A DNA stretch of 63,382 nt, filler included, from Octopus bimaculoides (GCF_001194135.2; 4 parts of 4 records of this genome joined end to end with filler, not necessarily neighbours in it), one strand, 5' to 3'; shown: positions 34,591-48,990, counted from the whole stretch's first letter. Translations and numbers: made by a program. The notes: generated by a model from the sequence alone, not told the origin.

Positions 34591-35471
34591 TGTGTGTGTG
34601 TGTGTGTAAATACATAAATGCATATATCCATACATAGATTCATACATGCAAACATATCTACAAGCATGCATAACATACATGCATTACATATATGCATACA
34701 TATATGTACACATGCATACATACGCCATACACATACATACACACATACACATACATACATACATATATACATACATACATACATGCATGCATGCATGCAT
34801 ACATACATACATACATAAATACATACATACATACACACACATGCATGCATGTGTCTAATCTGGTGTTGAACAACCAGCTTCTGTTAAAATGTGTTAAAAA
34901 CAGCTTCGAAAATAATACCTGAAATAAAACAAAAGATTAAGATATCATTGTCAATTCCGCATCCAAGTTCTCAGTCGATTAAATTTTCCGTGTACCTGTA
35001 CTTAGAAAATCCATCTAGGGAGCACAGACCTGGGTCAGGTTTCATTGACATCAGAACATAAAGGAGCGTAACCAATTACCGAAAAATATCTTGTGTAATG
35101 CCTTTCCAAATCTGCCACTCACCTGCCCTCATATTCGAAGGAAATAATGTTGTATTGTGAGGGACATTTTCCCGAAAAAATCTTCCTATTTTTTATTTTT
35201 ATTTTTAATACTCAGAGTTTCTGGTGCATGTAAAAGATTTTTATTCAACTGAGCGGCTATTTGCAACAACAGTGATTGTTTAATCTCTGCTTTCGTATAT
35301 ATCGTTGGTGACGGATTTCGTTTAAGCATGGTGGCTCTAAGTACACAACATTGATAACGCCCAACGAAGTAGAAACTTGCCCAACGTTCTCATTCCATCT
35401 TTACGTGGATGAATTACATACATACAAACATACATGCATGCATACTTACGTACATACATGTGTACATGTAT

Positions 35472-35486
35472 AGATAGCTAGATAGG

Positions 35487-35566
<80 letters not shown>

Positions 35567-35591
35567 TTGATAAATAGATAGACAGATAGAC

Positions 35592-35678
<87 letters not shown>

Positions 35679-35712
35679 CACACACAGACAGGCAGGCAGA
35701 CAGACAGATAGA
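35472..35712. repeat. (GATA)n/(GACA)n compound microsatellite
   Basis: Direct reading. Confidence 0.97.
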
Positions 35713-36391
35713 GAGCCAGACATACGGATTTCTTTTCAATTTGATGTGCTCAATTTATTGAAATTTCATTACAAAGCATTTTTTCAACTCTCATACCTCC
35801 TGACTTGATGTATTTATATGCGCCTCATTGAATAATTTTATCACTCGGATTTTCTGGATTTTCAGTTACACGAATATTTGACATAACACTATTTCGTAAT
35901 TGGCTATTACGTGGACTGATAGCCGAGTCTGTAAGAGGAGCTCCCTTTCATAGTAGCACGATTCTACCAAATCCACTCACAAGGCTTTGGTCGCCCCGAG
36001 GATATAGTAGATGACATTTGCCCAAGTGGGACTGAACCTGGGAACAATGTGGTTGGAAAACAAGCTTCCGCCTCTGCATCTAGACACCCGATCTTGTCCT
36101 ATTAAACTTTAACTGCATTTTATCTGGCATGTAGCTACCTCTCTCAATATTTATATTTCATCGGATGTGAGTCTTATCTTGGTGACCTCACTAATGTCGG
36201 CGCAACGTAGAAAGCACTCAATACACCCTATAATGTGTTCGGCGTTACGAAGGGCAATCAGTCCGCTTAGGTTTCTGGTTCCTGTCGAACCGTTCCACCA
36301 ATGCCAACATTGAAAACAGACTGTAAATGATTATGATGAACACAGACACACATACACACATACATACACACACACACACACACACATGCAT

Positions 36392-36436
<45 letters not shown>

Positions 36437-37306
36437 NNNNNNNNNNNNNNNNNNNNNNNNNNNNNNNNNNNNNNNNNNNNNNNNNNNNNNNNNNNNNNNN
36501 NNNNNNNNNNNNNNNNNNNNNNNNNNNNNNNNNNNNNNNNNNNNNNNNNNNNNNNNNNNNNNNNNNNNNNNNNNNNNNNNNNNNNNNNNNNNNNNNNNNN
36601 NNNNNNNNNNNNNNNNNNNNNNNNNNNNNNNNNNNNNNNNNNNNNNNNNNNNNNNNNNNNNNNNNNNNNNNNNNNNNNNNNNNNNNNNNNNNNNNNNNNN
36701 NNNNNNNNNNNNNNNNNNNNNNNNNNNNNNNNNNNNNNNNNNNNNNNNNNNNNNNNNNNNNNNNNNNNNNNNNNNNNNNNNNNNNNNNNNNNNNNNNNNN
36801 NNNNNNNNNNNNNNNNNNNNNNNNNNNNNNNNNNNNNNNNNNNNNNNNNNNNNNNNNNNNNNNNNNNNNNNNNNNNNNNNNNNNNNNNNNNNNNNNNNNN
36901 NNNNNNNNNNNNNNNNNNNNNNNNNNNNNNNNNNNNNNNNNNNNNNNNNNNNNNNNNNNNNNNNNNNNNNNNNNNNNNNNNNNNNNNNNNNNNNNNNNNN
37001 NNNNNNNNNNNNNNNNNNNNNNNNNNNNNNNNNNNNNNNNNNNNNNNNNNNNNNNNNNNNNNNNNNNNNNNNNNNNNNNNNNNNNNNNNNNNNNNNNNNN
37101 NNNNNNNNNNNNNNNNNNNNNNNNNNNNNNNNNNNNNNNNNNNNNNNNNNNNNNNNNNNNNNNNNNNNNNNNNNNNNNNNNNNNNNNNNNNNNNNNNNNN
37201 NNNNNNNNNNNNNNNNNNNNNNNNNNNNNNNNNNNNNNNNNNNNNNNNNNNNNNNNNNNNNNNNNNNNNNNNNNNNNNNNNNNNNNNNNNNNNNNNNNNN
37301 NNNNGG

Positions 37307-37386
37307 CATGAGTGTGTGTGCGTGTGTGGCGGCATGAGTGTGTGTGCGTGTGTGGCGGCATGAGTGTGTGTGCGTGTGTGGCGGCC
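37307..37386. repeat. 26-bp tandem repeat x3 (ggcatgagtgtgtgtgcgtgtgtggc), continuing into a gap
   Basis: Direct reading. Confidence 0.85.
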
Positions 37387-37831
37387 TGTGTGTAGGTGTG
37401 TGCATGGGTGGGCGCGCGTGTGTGTGTGTGTGTGCATGTATTCGTGTGTATGTGTGTGCGTGTGTATGTTTCTCTGTACGTGTTTCCGCGTGTATGGGTG
37501 TGGGTGTGTACGTGTGAGAGCGTGTGTATGCGTTTCTCTGTACGTATTTCCGCGTGGGTGCGTGAGCATTTGTCTGCGAGTGTATGTGTATGTGTATAAG
37601 CGCGTTTGTGCACGTGCACTTGCGCGTGGATGACTATGTCTCTCTGTGTGTCTATGGGTGCATGGGGGTAGCTATGTGTGTGTATGTGTGTGTGTGTGTG
37701 CGTGCGTGTGTATGCCTTTGTATTACGTTTCTCCGATATGTTATTCTTTCCGTGTATCTTTGAAGGTATGTTTGTATGTATGCATGTGTATATACTTGTA
37801 TGTATTTATGTATGTGTGTGTGTACAATTAC

Positions 37832-37878
<47 letters not shown>

Positions 37879-38263
37879 GGCGGAGAGGTGGAAGAATCGT
37901 TAGCATGCCAGGCGATATGTTTGGTGGCATTTCGTCTGTCTATACGTTCTGAGTTCAAATTCCGCTGAGGTCGGCTTTGCCTTTCATCCTTTCGGGGTCG
38001 ATAAATTAAGTACACCAGTGAAGCACTGGGATCGATGTAATCGGCTAGTCTCCTTCCCCAAAAAAATTTTCAGGGCCTTGTGTAGAAATGATAATAATAA
38101 TAATTATTATTATTATTATTATTATTATTATCAATATTATTATTATTATTATTATTATCATTATTATTATTATTATTATTATTATATACTTGTGGTGAAA
38201 TTTGGGACGTTCGGTTAGAGGGAGGAAAAAGGAAAAGGAAAGAATGAAAAGAAAGAAAGGGAA

Positions 38264-38346
<83 letters not shown>

Positions 38347-38884
38347 GAAGAGAGAGAGAAAGAAAGAAGGTTTGAGCATTAAATATATATTTTCCTTTCA
38401 TTTAACCGAGTAACTTCCATAGTATTTCAGCCGTTTCGCATCCTTCTTATATGGCATGTTCAGTATGGATAGAAATAGTTTACAGGTTCTAGTTGAACAC
38501 TGTAGTTGATGTGGCCGACTAGTTGGCTTTCATTAACATTTCAGGCATTGTGTTCACAGCAGGATGGATCATTATAGATGTTTAACTTCAGTATGAAAGG
38601 TGAACGAACAGCGGCGGTGGGAAGAGAATCTCCAGCTTCGTGGTTATAAGGAAATCCCACCGGACATTGCTATCTCGAGCCCGAGGACATGATGGGCCGG
38701 TTTCCCAGTTTCCATGGCGTATATGTCACTGACATCGTCACATCCCTCCTGGATTAGACGCCAGTACACCGGAGTGTTACTCACTTTGGGCTGAGTAAGC
38801 TGAAGTGAAATGAACTATTTTGCTCTAGGACACAACGGACAGCACGATCCAGAATCGAAACCACGTTGTTGCGATCAATACCCT

Positions 38885-39385
38885 CGCATTCCGTCTGTTT
38901 CGACGAGAACTGTTCCATTTGATCCGATCAGCGAAACAGCCTGTTCGTTAAATTAACGTGCAAGTGGCTGAGCACTCCACAGACACGTGTACCCTTAACG
39001 TAGTTATCAGTGAGACTCAGCGTCAACAGAATGGGTCACAGCTTACCCTTTTGAAATACAGGTACTACTCATTTTTGCCAGCTAAATTAACTGGAGAAAT
39101 GTGAAATAAAAACGTCTTGTTCAAGGACTGTGGAGTGGCTGAGTACTCCACACATACGTGTATCCTTAACGTAGTTCTCGGTGAAACTCAGCGTCACATA
39201 GAATGTGACTCTGCTGCCCCGTTTGAAATACAGGTGCCACTCATTTTTGCTAGCTGAATTGACTGGAGACACGTGAAATAGAAACGATCGCTCAAGGACC
39301 CAACGTCCCTCTTGTAATCAATCGAACTCATAAACCTACCATCGTGAGCTTAATACCTCTAACCACTAAACCACGGGCCTTCACA
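38885..39385 (-). mobile_element. Two partial minus-strand copies of the 41059-type SINE
   Basis: gatccgatcagcgaaacagcctgttcgt...gtggctgagcactccacagacacgtgtacccttaacgtag is the reverse complement of 41310-41400; the block repeats at 39130-39250. Confidence 0.85.
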
Positions 39386-41058
39386 GCTACGTTGTAAGTT
39401 TATATCTACACTTCAGTAAGGTAAGGTCATAACATCCGTACCTTTAGTTATTCAACGCATGTTCATTCGGAGATTCATGAAACTTTTGTTCGCCTCGGTC
39501 TGTAAATTGCAGCTTGAAATGTTAACAAAGTAAAAATATCTTAAAAGATATTGACGTGCATTAAATTTATTCCAATTCATTTCATTTAACAATTCAAACA
39601 CGGTGTGGTGCTTACAGGAATCACAAGATATTGGAATCTTGTTGCAGTTTTCATTTACAAATTTGCCATTTAAAACACGCAATTAATTATTTAAAAATAC
39701 TTTTTCCGTTTTGTTTTGCTTTTCGTGTGTGTGTGTTTTTTGTTTTTTGTTGTTCTTTTTTTTTGTTTTTGTTCTTACTTTTCTATATATTTTTTTTTCT
39801 CTAAAACAGATATTTCAATCTTTCGTCAGATTTTCACGAGATATTCAATGAATAAGTTGTAAAACTTATATATATATNNNNNNNNNNNNNNNNNNNNNNN
39901 NNNNNNNNNNNNNNNNNNNNNTTAATTAATTAANNNNNNNNNNNNNNNNNNNNNNNNNNNNNNNNNNNNNNNNNNNNTTATGCAGTTTGGTGGTGGGGGT
40001 GGGGTGGGTGGTGGTGGGTGTTGATAGTAGTGGTGGCGAATGTGTCATTTAATATGTGTATATAAATAAAAATAGCTGTAAAAATTTGTTAGCAAGTCAC
40101 ATAGAAGCTGTAGTGTTTGTTTGTCTGTTTATCTGTCTGTCGGTCTGTGAGTCTGTTTAATTTGTTTAGTTTGTTTGTTTGTTTGTTTAACGCCAACACA
40201 GATGTAATGGAAGCAAATTGCATGTCCAATGATTAATTGTGAATAAAGATTGTCAAGATAGGAGAGCCCTAATTTCACAGCTTCAACAGATGTAGCCAAA
40301 TTTCATTGACTACTTTCAATATATGTTTCTCTAAATCATCGTTTCATAATTATCCTCATCAATAACTGTCTCCACTTCCTCTTCATCATCGGCATTGTCT
40401 ACCTCATCTTTATTTTCATGATCATCATCGTAAATATAATGTCTGATTTAACAAACATTAACTTTTACTGACAAATCTGGTTCCGTTTGGTTCCAGTTTA
40501 ACTCCATAGATAAGGGCCATTGGTACAGTAAAGTCCATTCTATAAAAACCAATCATTCTGATCTAAAGGGCAATGGTAAAATGATGTATAAGACATATTT
40601 GTTGTAGATGTCCCTATCTTGTACCATATCATCTCTTCCACCCTAAACCATGCCACCTTTAACACCCTGTTCTATCCCTACTGCTCACTCACTCTACGAC
40701 CTTGGCTCTCACCTTTTGTAATTCAGTGCCCCTTTCACTAAATAGTGTTTTACAAACACTCCTCTTCCATTCATATGATTTATTTTTTATTGATATGATT
40801 TATCTCCCATTCATATGATTTATCTTGTCTCAGTCATTTGTCTGGAGTCATGCTGGAGTATTTCCTTAAAGGGTTTAGTCAAATAAACTCCAGTGCTTTT
40901 TTTAAAGTTTGGCACTTATTTTGCTGGTCTGTTTTATTGAAGTGCTAACTTACATGGACTTCAACCAATATCTCTTGTCAAGCACTGATGAGGGACAATC
41001 ACAAACATACAACACACACAAGGCATACACACATGTATGTATGTATATGTATACACGT

Positions 41059-41443
41059 GAAGGCGCAATGGCCCAGTGGTAAGGGCAGCGGACTCGCAGT
41101 CATAGGATCGCGGTTTTGATTCCCAGACCGAGCGTTGTGAGTGTTTATTGAGCGAAAACACCTAAAGCTCCACGAGGCTACGGCAGGGGATGGTATCGAA
41201 CCCTGCTGTACTCTTTCACCACAACTTTCTCTCACTCTTTCTTCCTGTTTCTGTTGTACCTGTAATTCAATGGGTCAACCTTGTCACACTGTGTCACGTT
41301 GAATATCCCTGAGAACTACGTTAAGGGTACACGTGTCTGTGGAGTGCTCAGCCACTTGCACGTTAATTTCACGAGCAGGCTGTTCCGTTGATCGGATCAA
41401 CTGGAACCCTCGATGTTGTAAGCGACAGAGTGCCAACAACAAC
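41059..41443 (+). mobile_element. Near full-length tRNA-derived SINE with (AAC)n tail
   Basis: A box TGGCCCAGTGG 41069-41079, B-box-like GGTTTTGATTCC 41112-41123, conserved body, tail gtgccaacaacaac. Confidence 0.85.
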
Positions 41444-41976
41444 ATATGTATACACACACACACACACCCACACACAGCAGGCTAATCTTAACAAAGATTG
41501 ATTTTTATCAGCAATGTTTTAAAATATAAGTAATGTACCTGGTTGAAATATTCTGTTTCTAACAAAAAATCACAACCCTTTCTAATTACTCAGCACCTTC
41601 CCATTACACTGTGCTGACACCTACCACCTCCGTGTGAGTTCACAACAGCCCCCCCCTCCAACAAGGTGTACTGACCAGTTTAAGAATCGCTGTTCTACAC
41701 TGGCATCAAACCATCTTGGAGTTCTAAGGTCTGTTTTGACAAGTGTTCTTCATTGCGTTGTTTTTCTTGCTCTTGTTCTCTTTTACCAATGTTAACAGGA
41801 AGAATTTTATGCAAGAAATTCTATTTATTACATTACAAAGTCCAAATCAATTTAGTTACTTGTAAGTAACACTTTCGCTGCACAATGTAATTTATGAACA
41901 ATTTACCTAATTAGCACTAAATACCTTCCCAAACCTTATGTTGGTTGACTACATAGGTGTGTGAATGTGATTCGTA

Positions 41977-42030
<54 letters not shown>

Positions 42031-43438
42031 AGTGAGATGACAAACAAAATAAAAAGGCTGTTAACACATTTAGTAGGAGTCACATGTTTATTATTTAGAA
42101 GTGTTTGATTCAGCGCCATGTGACTTAAAGTTTCACAAGCTTCTAACAGGGACCCATTTCTTTTAGGCTTAGATTACTCAATCAATAATTTAAGCCTGTT
42201 AGAGTTTCACCGAATGGAACCAAATGAAACTGTTTTAAATAATAGCAATAATAATGATAATAATTATAATGGTTTTTGGGGGGAGGAGATGAGTCAATTA
42301 CATCAACCCCAGTGTTCAACTGGTACTTATTTTATTGTCCCTAACTAATAGAATATAACTAATAGAATATTGTTGGTATTGACAATAGAATGAGACCAAT
42401 CTACTAAAGGGTTTGGCTCCAAATTCTTGGAACCTGAAGAATGGCTGGAAGGTACAGTAGCTGAGACATGAACTTTTGATCAAGTTAAGAAGGGAGCCTC
42501 TACAAAATAGTTTGATTTACTAGAAATGATAGCTATGCTTCCCTCAAATTACATGACTTACTATTTTAAAGGAGACACTGAGTAATATGGTTCTAGTTAA
42601 GGTTTTTAAAAAAAGTGTGGTGAGTCATGACTGGAAAGCTTTTCGACCATAGGTCTTTTTGATCACAGTTGGCCTTGTACTAAGTAACAACTCTAGAATA
42701 TTGCATGTGGCAGCCTCAAAACTGCATGTTATACAGACATGATATTAACAAATGGACACACACTAGTTTCATAAGAAACAATTTTGTGCATGTGTGTGTG
42801 TATCTCTGTGTGTATGTATGAGTGTATATATGTGTGCGTGTGTGTGTGGTGAAATAAATACCTGTAAAAATTTGCGTATGATAACTGTGATCTCTCACCG
42901 TGTCATAAATAATTGGTAAAGTTGAAGGAGATTAACAAGCTACTCAGCACATTATGAATGGATTAATTAAATCTTTCTATTTATTGCTAGCGAGTGCTTG
43001 CTTGCCTCCAACAACAATAACAACAACAATAGCAACTACAATAATATACTGTCTGAAGTTACAGTACATTTTATATGCCATCAAGGAAATAATTCAGCTT
43101 GTAAGCAAGACAAGACATTTAGTGTCTGATAAAGTAATCTACATCGATTGAAGATTATTATTTCTTTCAGTTGTTACTTTTGTTGTTGCTGCTACTGCTT
43201 GTTCTTTGTATTCTGTTGTGTGTGAGTGTGTGTTCTCTCTGACCTTTCCGCACACATCTTTTGCCATGCACGACCATATTCTGTGTCTCTAAAACAAATG
43301 ATTCATTGTTTGAAATTAGTACAAAATTAAGTAATAATGATAAAAGTGCTAAAGGAGGTTTGCACCTATGTAAGTGCTGTTGAGCAGCAGCTTAAAGCCA
43401 CACATACACACATATATACTCATATATATTCTCAGATG

Positions 43439-43489
<51 letters not shown>

Positions 43490-43849
43490 NNNNNNNNNNN
43501 NNNNNNNNNNNNNNNNNNNNNNNNNNNNNNNNNNNNNNNNNNNNNNNNNNNNNNNNNNNNNNNNNNNNNNNNNNNNNNNNNNNNNNNNNNNNNNNNNNNN
43601 NNNNCTAGACCACTGGTTTTAATTGATTAATATCAATTTCTACCCTCATTAATAAATTTTATATATATATATATATATATATATCATGGACTCTCCTGTA
43701 ATTAGGTGACATATGAGGAGGGTTCACTAATTTCATACCAAACAACCACACAGATAATTTGTTTATAGTGGTCAAATGTTTGTTTTACCATAAGCTCACA
43801 CCCTCTATCAAATTGACATTACCTGTACAGATGCACCACGTGCTATATG

Positions 43850-44110
43850 TCAGATGATCCGGAGTATTCAAGTGGTTCCAAGCAGTGCTGTTTTCTGCAA
43901 GTGCTCCACCCTTATTGCAGCTCCTAGTTGTTCCATGTACTTCTAAAGATTTTTACTCACTGTTCCCAGGGCTCTAACAATTATTAGTTCTACTACCACC
44001 TTTTTCAGTGACCACAACTGCTTAAATTCCCAAGCTAACCTGTCGTATCTATCGACTTTTCTTTCTTCCTTATCGCATTCCTTATTGTCTGCTGGGCATG
44101 CTATATCTAT
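43850..44110 (-). mobile_element. 3' end of R4/Dong-like RLE retrotransposon
   Basis: CWIIDIACPADNKECDKEERKVDRYDRLAWEFKQLWSLKKVVVELIIVRALGTV...LQKTALLGT; 5' end abuts a long (TAA)n run. Confidence 0.85.
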
Positions 44111-44131
44111 GATCCAGCATCATTTGCTTTC

Positions 44132-44203
<72 letters not shown>

Positions 44204-45061
44204 AGTACAAGGCCAGGCCAGCAATTTTGCAGATAGGGTTTCTTGATATCATCAACTCTGATATTTTATTTTATCAACCTTGCTGAAATGAAAGGCAAAG
44301 TCAACTTCTGCAGGATTTGAACTCAGAACTCAGTAAAGAGATTGGTCAAATGCTGTCGGACTCTGGAAATTCTGCCGATCCGTCACCTTAGTTGTTATAA
44401 CAATAATAATAATAATGTTTTTAAAGCTGAGGTTGGAAAGCATTGCCAGTGTACAAGATCTTATTATTTACTGTTGAGAAGGACTTGAACAGTAATAAGA
44501 TATATATTTCCTACCTCTTGACATTTGAAGTGAGGTCACTATGGTGCTTTTGTGATTCCTCGACCACACACTTAACAAGATTCTGGTATTTTCTGCAAGT
44601 TGATAGTAGAAAGACATTCAGGAAAATCTTGTGAGCAAATGCTTTTAGTGATTCTTTTGAAACCAATATTACTTGGCTCCTTCTGCTGCTGGAGTTTAAT
44701 ACTTTGGTTATTTGTACCACATGCTCTCTTTCCTAGCTGCTGCTGCTTCTTCTTCTTCTTCTTCTTCTTCTTCTTCTTCTTCTTCTTCTTCTTCTTCTTC
44801 TTCTTCTTCTTCTTTATTGCAGTGGATTAGCAAGATTGTTTGAGCATCGGACAACATGCCTTGCAATACTTATTCTGGCTGTTTACGACAATCTGATTTA
44901 AAAAAATCTATTATGGTCTTGGTGTTATCTTCCATCCTTCCAGGGTCAGTAAACTGAAGTACCAGTCATACACTAGGGTTGATTTAACCAACTGACTTCC
45001 TTGTGTCAAAACATCAGGCCTTGCTTCTAAATTAGAAACATCACCATCATCATCATCAGCT

Positions 45062-45093
<32 letters not shown>

Positions 45094-45290
45094 TAGGTGG
45101 TGAGTTGGCATAATCGTTACCATGCCAGACAAAATGTTTAGTGGCATTTCTTCTGGCTTTATCTCCTGAGTTCAAATTGTACTGGTGTTATCTTTGCTTT
45201 TCATTCTTTCAGGGTTGATCAAATAAGTACCAGTTGAGCACCTGTGTTGGTGTAATCGACTTATTCCCGGCCTGTGCAAAAATTTGAAGC

Positions 45291-45321
<31 letters not shown>

Positions 45322-45323
<2 letters not shown>

Positions 45324-45692
45324 CTCTGTCTTAGCGAAGGCGAAGATATTGTTTTCAGTTGTGTTTGTTTGTTTGTTTGTTGGTGGACAAGATATCTCAA
45401 GAACCACTGGATGGATTTGGATGAAACTTTCAGGAATGTTTGGCCTCATGACTAGCTTGAACTGATTAAATTTTGGGATCGGTCTGGTACCAAACAAAGA
45501 TTCTGGATTATTTTTCCTTTTTTTTTTCTTATTTAATTTTTGAGAGAGGTCAGGTTCATTTTTAGTGTTCTTGTTTGTGAGAGCAGTCAAGTTTATTTCA
45601 GACATTCTCATTTTAAAAATCATCTCTGGCAATTCGTTGATAGGGCATTGGTGTTGCGTTGGGTGGAAATTTTCACTTTCTGAGTGCTCTTG
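45322..45692 (+). mobile_element. Non-autonomous Helentron/DINE-like (HINE-type) element
   Basis: Typical layout: gaaggcgaagatattgttttc, (GTTT)n, gatatctcaagaaccactggatggatttggatgaaactt, 3' cactttctgagtgctct. Confidence 0.55.
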
Positions 45693-46321
45693 ATATTAAT
45701 ATTATTAGGGTAGTGGACTGGCAAAATTGTAGCATGCAAAGCAAAAAGCTTAGCAGCATTTTTTCTGTCTTTACATTCTTTTGGGTTTCAGTCCATTTAA
45801 GATCATATTCTAGCTTTGTTTCCACATTGGACCTCTGCCACTTGGATTCATATAACAAATTGTATAAACGTTGAACCTGAGAGTATGCACAATTAGCACA
45901 ACAAATAATGAGTTCAGAATTGAAAAAAAAAAATGGCCAGGATTAAATTTTTACCAANNNNNNNNNNNNNNNNNNNNNNNNNNNNNNNNNNNNNNNNNNN
46001 NTTAATTAATTAANNNNNNNNNNNNNNNNNNNNNNNNNNNNNNNNNNNNNNNNNNNNGTAGCTGGTCTTCTCTTGGAAGAGCCCTGCTTCTCACATGGAC
46101 AACTGTATGTTGGCTGCTCAAGAGTGGGCAGCAACAAAAAACCTATTTGTATATGCTCCACAAGGGAAAACAAGGAACATAGTTTACAATGAGGTGTTAT
46201 AATCACAACAGCAAGAAAGTATGTACACGATCACCTTCTTTTACGAAACTTCATTGACTTTCATATATTTATATTGATATACATATATATACGTGTGTTT
46301 GGGTGCGTGTGTATATATACA

Positions 46322-46412
46322 TCTCTATATATAAAGATGATGCGTAGTCTAGACGGCGTTTTTAGATTTCATTATTCTCTTTAACCCGGGCAACGCCGGG
46401 TATTATTGCTAG
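46322..46412 (+). mobile_element. 91-bp non-autonomous Helitron
   Basis: A|TCTCTATATATAAAG 5' end, hairpin acccgg-gcaacg-ccgggt (46384-46401), CTAG|T 3' end, no TSD. Confidence 0.75.
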
Positions 46413-46660
46413 TATGTATATATATATATCTATATACACACACATACATACACATGCACACACACACACACACGTATGCATATATATACATTTGTGGGTG
46501 CATATATGCGTCTATGTTCGCGCTTGTGTGCGTGCGTGCGTGTGCGTGCGTGTGTGTGCGTGCGTGCGTGTGTGTGCGTGCGTGTGTTTGTGTTTGGGTT
46601 TGTGTTTGTGTGTGTGTGCATGTGCATGCGTGTACGTAAGTGTGTGTGTTGTGCGTGTTG

Positions 46661-47150
46661 GTGATTCTCCATTATCTTTGAACTCCGCAGAGAAAATGGG
46701 GCAACGTCATAAAACTAGGAGGATGAGACTTCTATTAGGTATATTTACTTTTATGATACCCCAACACTTGACACAAACATCATACATACCTTTAGCAGCA
46801 AAAAGTTTCCATACGAAAGTAAGGCTATGAAAACTTCTCACCGCATAAGTATTTCTAATTAGTTATTTAATGCTCACTTCATTAAATATGTTAATGCAAA
46901 CCTAACTCATGTTTGTGATACCTTGTTAAGAGTTACAGAAATTCTAATAGCTAACATTGACCCAAGTTTTCAAAAGTTTATAGTCGATTGTGTCTATTAT
47001 AGTATACAAGTAAAGACACACCCGGAGTAAAATTCCGACCGGAGAAGGGGGGAAAAAAAAGAAGCAAAAACAAAAACAAACAAACGAAGACTGAAAAAAT
47101 TAAACAAGTGTTTGTTTAAATTTTTCAAGAACTTTTGACTTAATTTGTGA
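46661..47150 (+). repeat. Left arm of an inverted repeat pair (partner 50560-51064)
   Basis: 46661-46828 is identical to the reverse complement of 50897-51064; similarity continues with indels to ~47150/50560. Confidence 0.9.
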
Positions 47151-47283
47151 TTTTGAGAAATTGCGTTAAAATAAAAAGGTTAAATTTCCAAGTACCCCCA
47201 CTTCACGATCGGAATCATACACATCAAAAAATGTTGCTATATATATATATCTGTGCATATATATGCCTCTGTCAATCTACTGC

Positions 47284-47378
<95 letters not shown>

Positions 47379-47394
47379 ATACACGCACATACAT

Positions 47395-47998
47395 CACAGG
47401 GCCTCCTTCGGTCAGAGCTGACAATGGGTAGTATCCTTGCTACTTTCAGTTCAGCTGGAGCAGCGTCTTCAGCGGCTAAACAGACCTATCCGTGAGTGAC
47501 AGTCTCTGTCACATAGAGCACATTTGTATACGGTCTCAGGCCTGTTCGAGTTACTGCACTACTTTTGTCGGGATCGACTGTCTGCTGCTTTGCCCATTAA
47601 CCTCTTTTTCCCCGATTTGAGGTATTCATTCAAAGTGTTCCTCCATGTTGGCCACTTTGCTGCGAGTGTATTGATGACAAGGGTCTTCATATATCTTTTT
47701 ACATCAACCCTGTATCGCAGCCGAAGTCGACCGGTGTGTCTTCTTCTAGAAACCAGTTACCAAAGAGAATGTCCTTCCGGATGCAGCCATTCTTCATGCA
47801 GTAGCTGTATCCTAGCAAGTGCAGTCTGCGTTGTCAAAGCAGGGTGAACATGCTGGAAGGGCCTGTAAGATTCAGGACCTCAGAATTGGACAGTCCGTTT
47901 TGCCAGGATATACCTAGGATGTAGCGTAGGCTTCTCAGAAGGAAAGTGTTGAGTCGCCTCTCCTGTCTGGCATATGTGGCCCAAATATCACTGCCATA
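47395..47998 (-). mobile_element. RTE (BovB-like) LINE 3' end
   Basis: YGSDIWATYARQERRLNTFLLRSLRYILGISWQ, QRRLHLLG, YKCALCDRDCHSRIGLFS, 3' UTR tgaccgaaggaggcc. Confidence 0.9.
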
Positions 47999-48106
47999 CA
48001 TACATACATACATACATACATACATACATACATACATACATACACGCACGCACACACGCACGCATGCATGCATGCACGCACATACGCACGCACACACAAA
48101 CACGTA

Positions 48107-48990
48107 CATCAGGTTGGGTCAAAAGTTTTTTCGTCTTTTAAGTTTCAATTAACAGTTCAAACAAATTACATACGAAAAGCACTTATTCATCAAAATATAT
48201 CCAATCATATTCTATTTTCTGTTGCCACTGTTGTCTCAGGAGCTCAATTCCACCCTTATATCATTTGGATGGTTAAGAAGCAAGAACCTCCATGTACCCG
48301 ATTTCAACCTCAATACGCATTGTTGAACTTCCGTATGTGCAGGAAATGAGCCATAGCTCGGAGCAAATTGGTAATCTGATAGTGCAAGTCTGGACTGTAG
48401 GCATGGTGAAGCAGCACTTCTAGGCCGTCAAGTTCCTCAACTTTACACTTGGTCACATTGGCTGTTTGTGCTGGGGCATTGTTATGCTGTTGAAGTGCAC
48501 GTCTTCGATTAGCCAATGCCAACTAGTGGGCTTTCAAGGTGTTATATACTCGCTACTGTTGCTGGAAGAAACCACTAATTTCCCTTAATGGGGATTACGG
48601 AAATAGATCCGTTTTACATCCCCAGTTACAATTCAACGCCGAAAATGTATCCCGAAGATTTGTCGGCAGTTATTTCCAAATGTCCTCACGTTGTTAAATC
48701 TGATCATTGGTCAGTTCACGAGGAGCTTCTCGACAGCGTCTGTTCACAAGGTTGAGCTTATGGGAGTGTCGAATAATGGTGCTTTGTGAAGGACCAAGTT
48801 CTACCTACAATACACAAGTGCTTGTGCATATCTGTTCAACCATTTCAAGCAACAGAAGGTCTCCCTGACCTTGGTTTGTCTTCGAGGCTAATATAACCTT
48901 CCTCGAAACTATTTTTGCGTTACACGCCCTTTGACAGTTCCTGGGTCTTTCACATTTCTTTTGCCGCGACCCTTGTATTCAGTCCTTTTT
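48107..48990 (-). mobile_element. Decayed mariner (DD34D) transposon
   Basis: ta|catcaggttgggtcaaaagt end; minus-strand IVTG, QHNNAPAQTA, EVLLHHAYSPDL, RAMAHFL, IYFDE. Confidence 0.85.

Noticed and set aside
40200-40442. Acidic minus-strand reading (DDDHENKDEVDNADDEEEVE) after a CAG
   Set aside because: It hits a stop after ~36 codons, needs frameshifts to continue, has no convincing donor and no recognisable family. It is compatible with decayed (CAT)-rich low-complexity DNA or an unidentifiable pseudogene fragment.
46662-46830. Identical peptide DSPLSLNSAEKMGQRHK... in two ORFs (46414 + and 50841 -)
   Set aside because: It results from the DNA inverted repeat. There is no coding signature or splice context.
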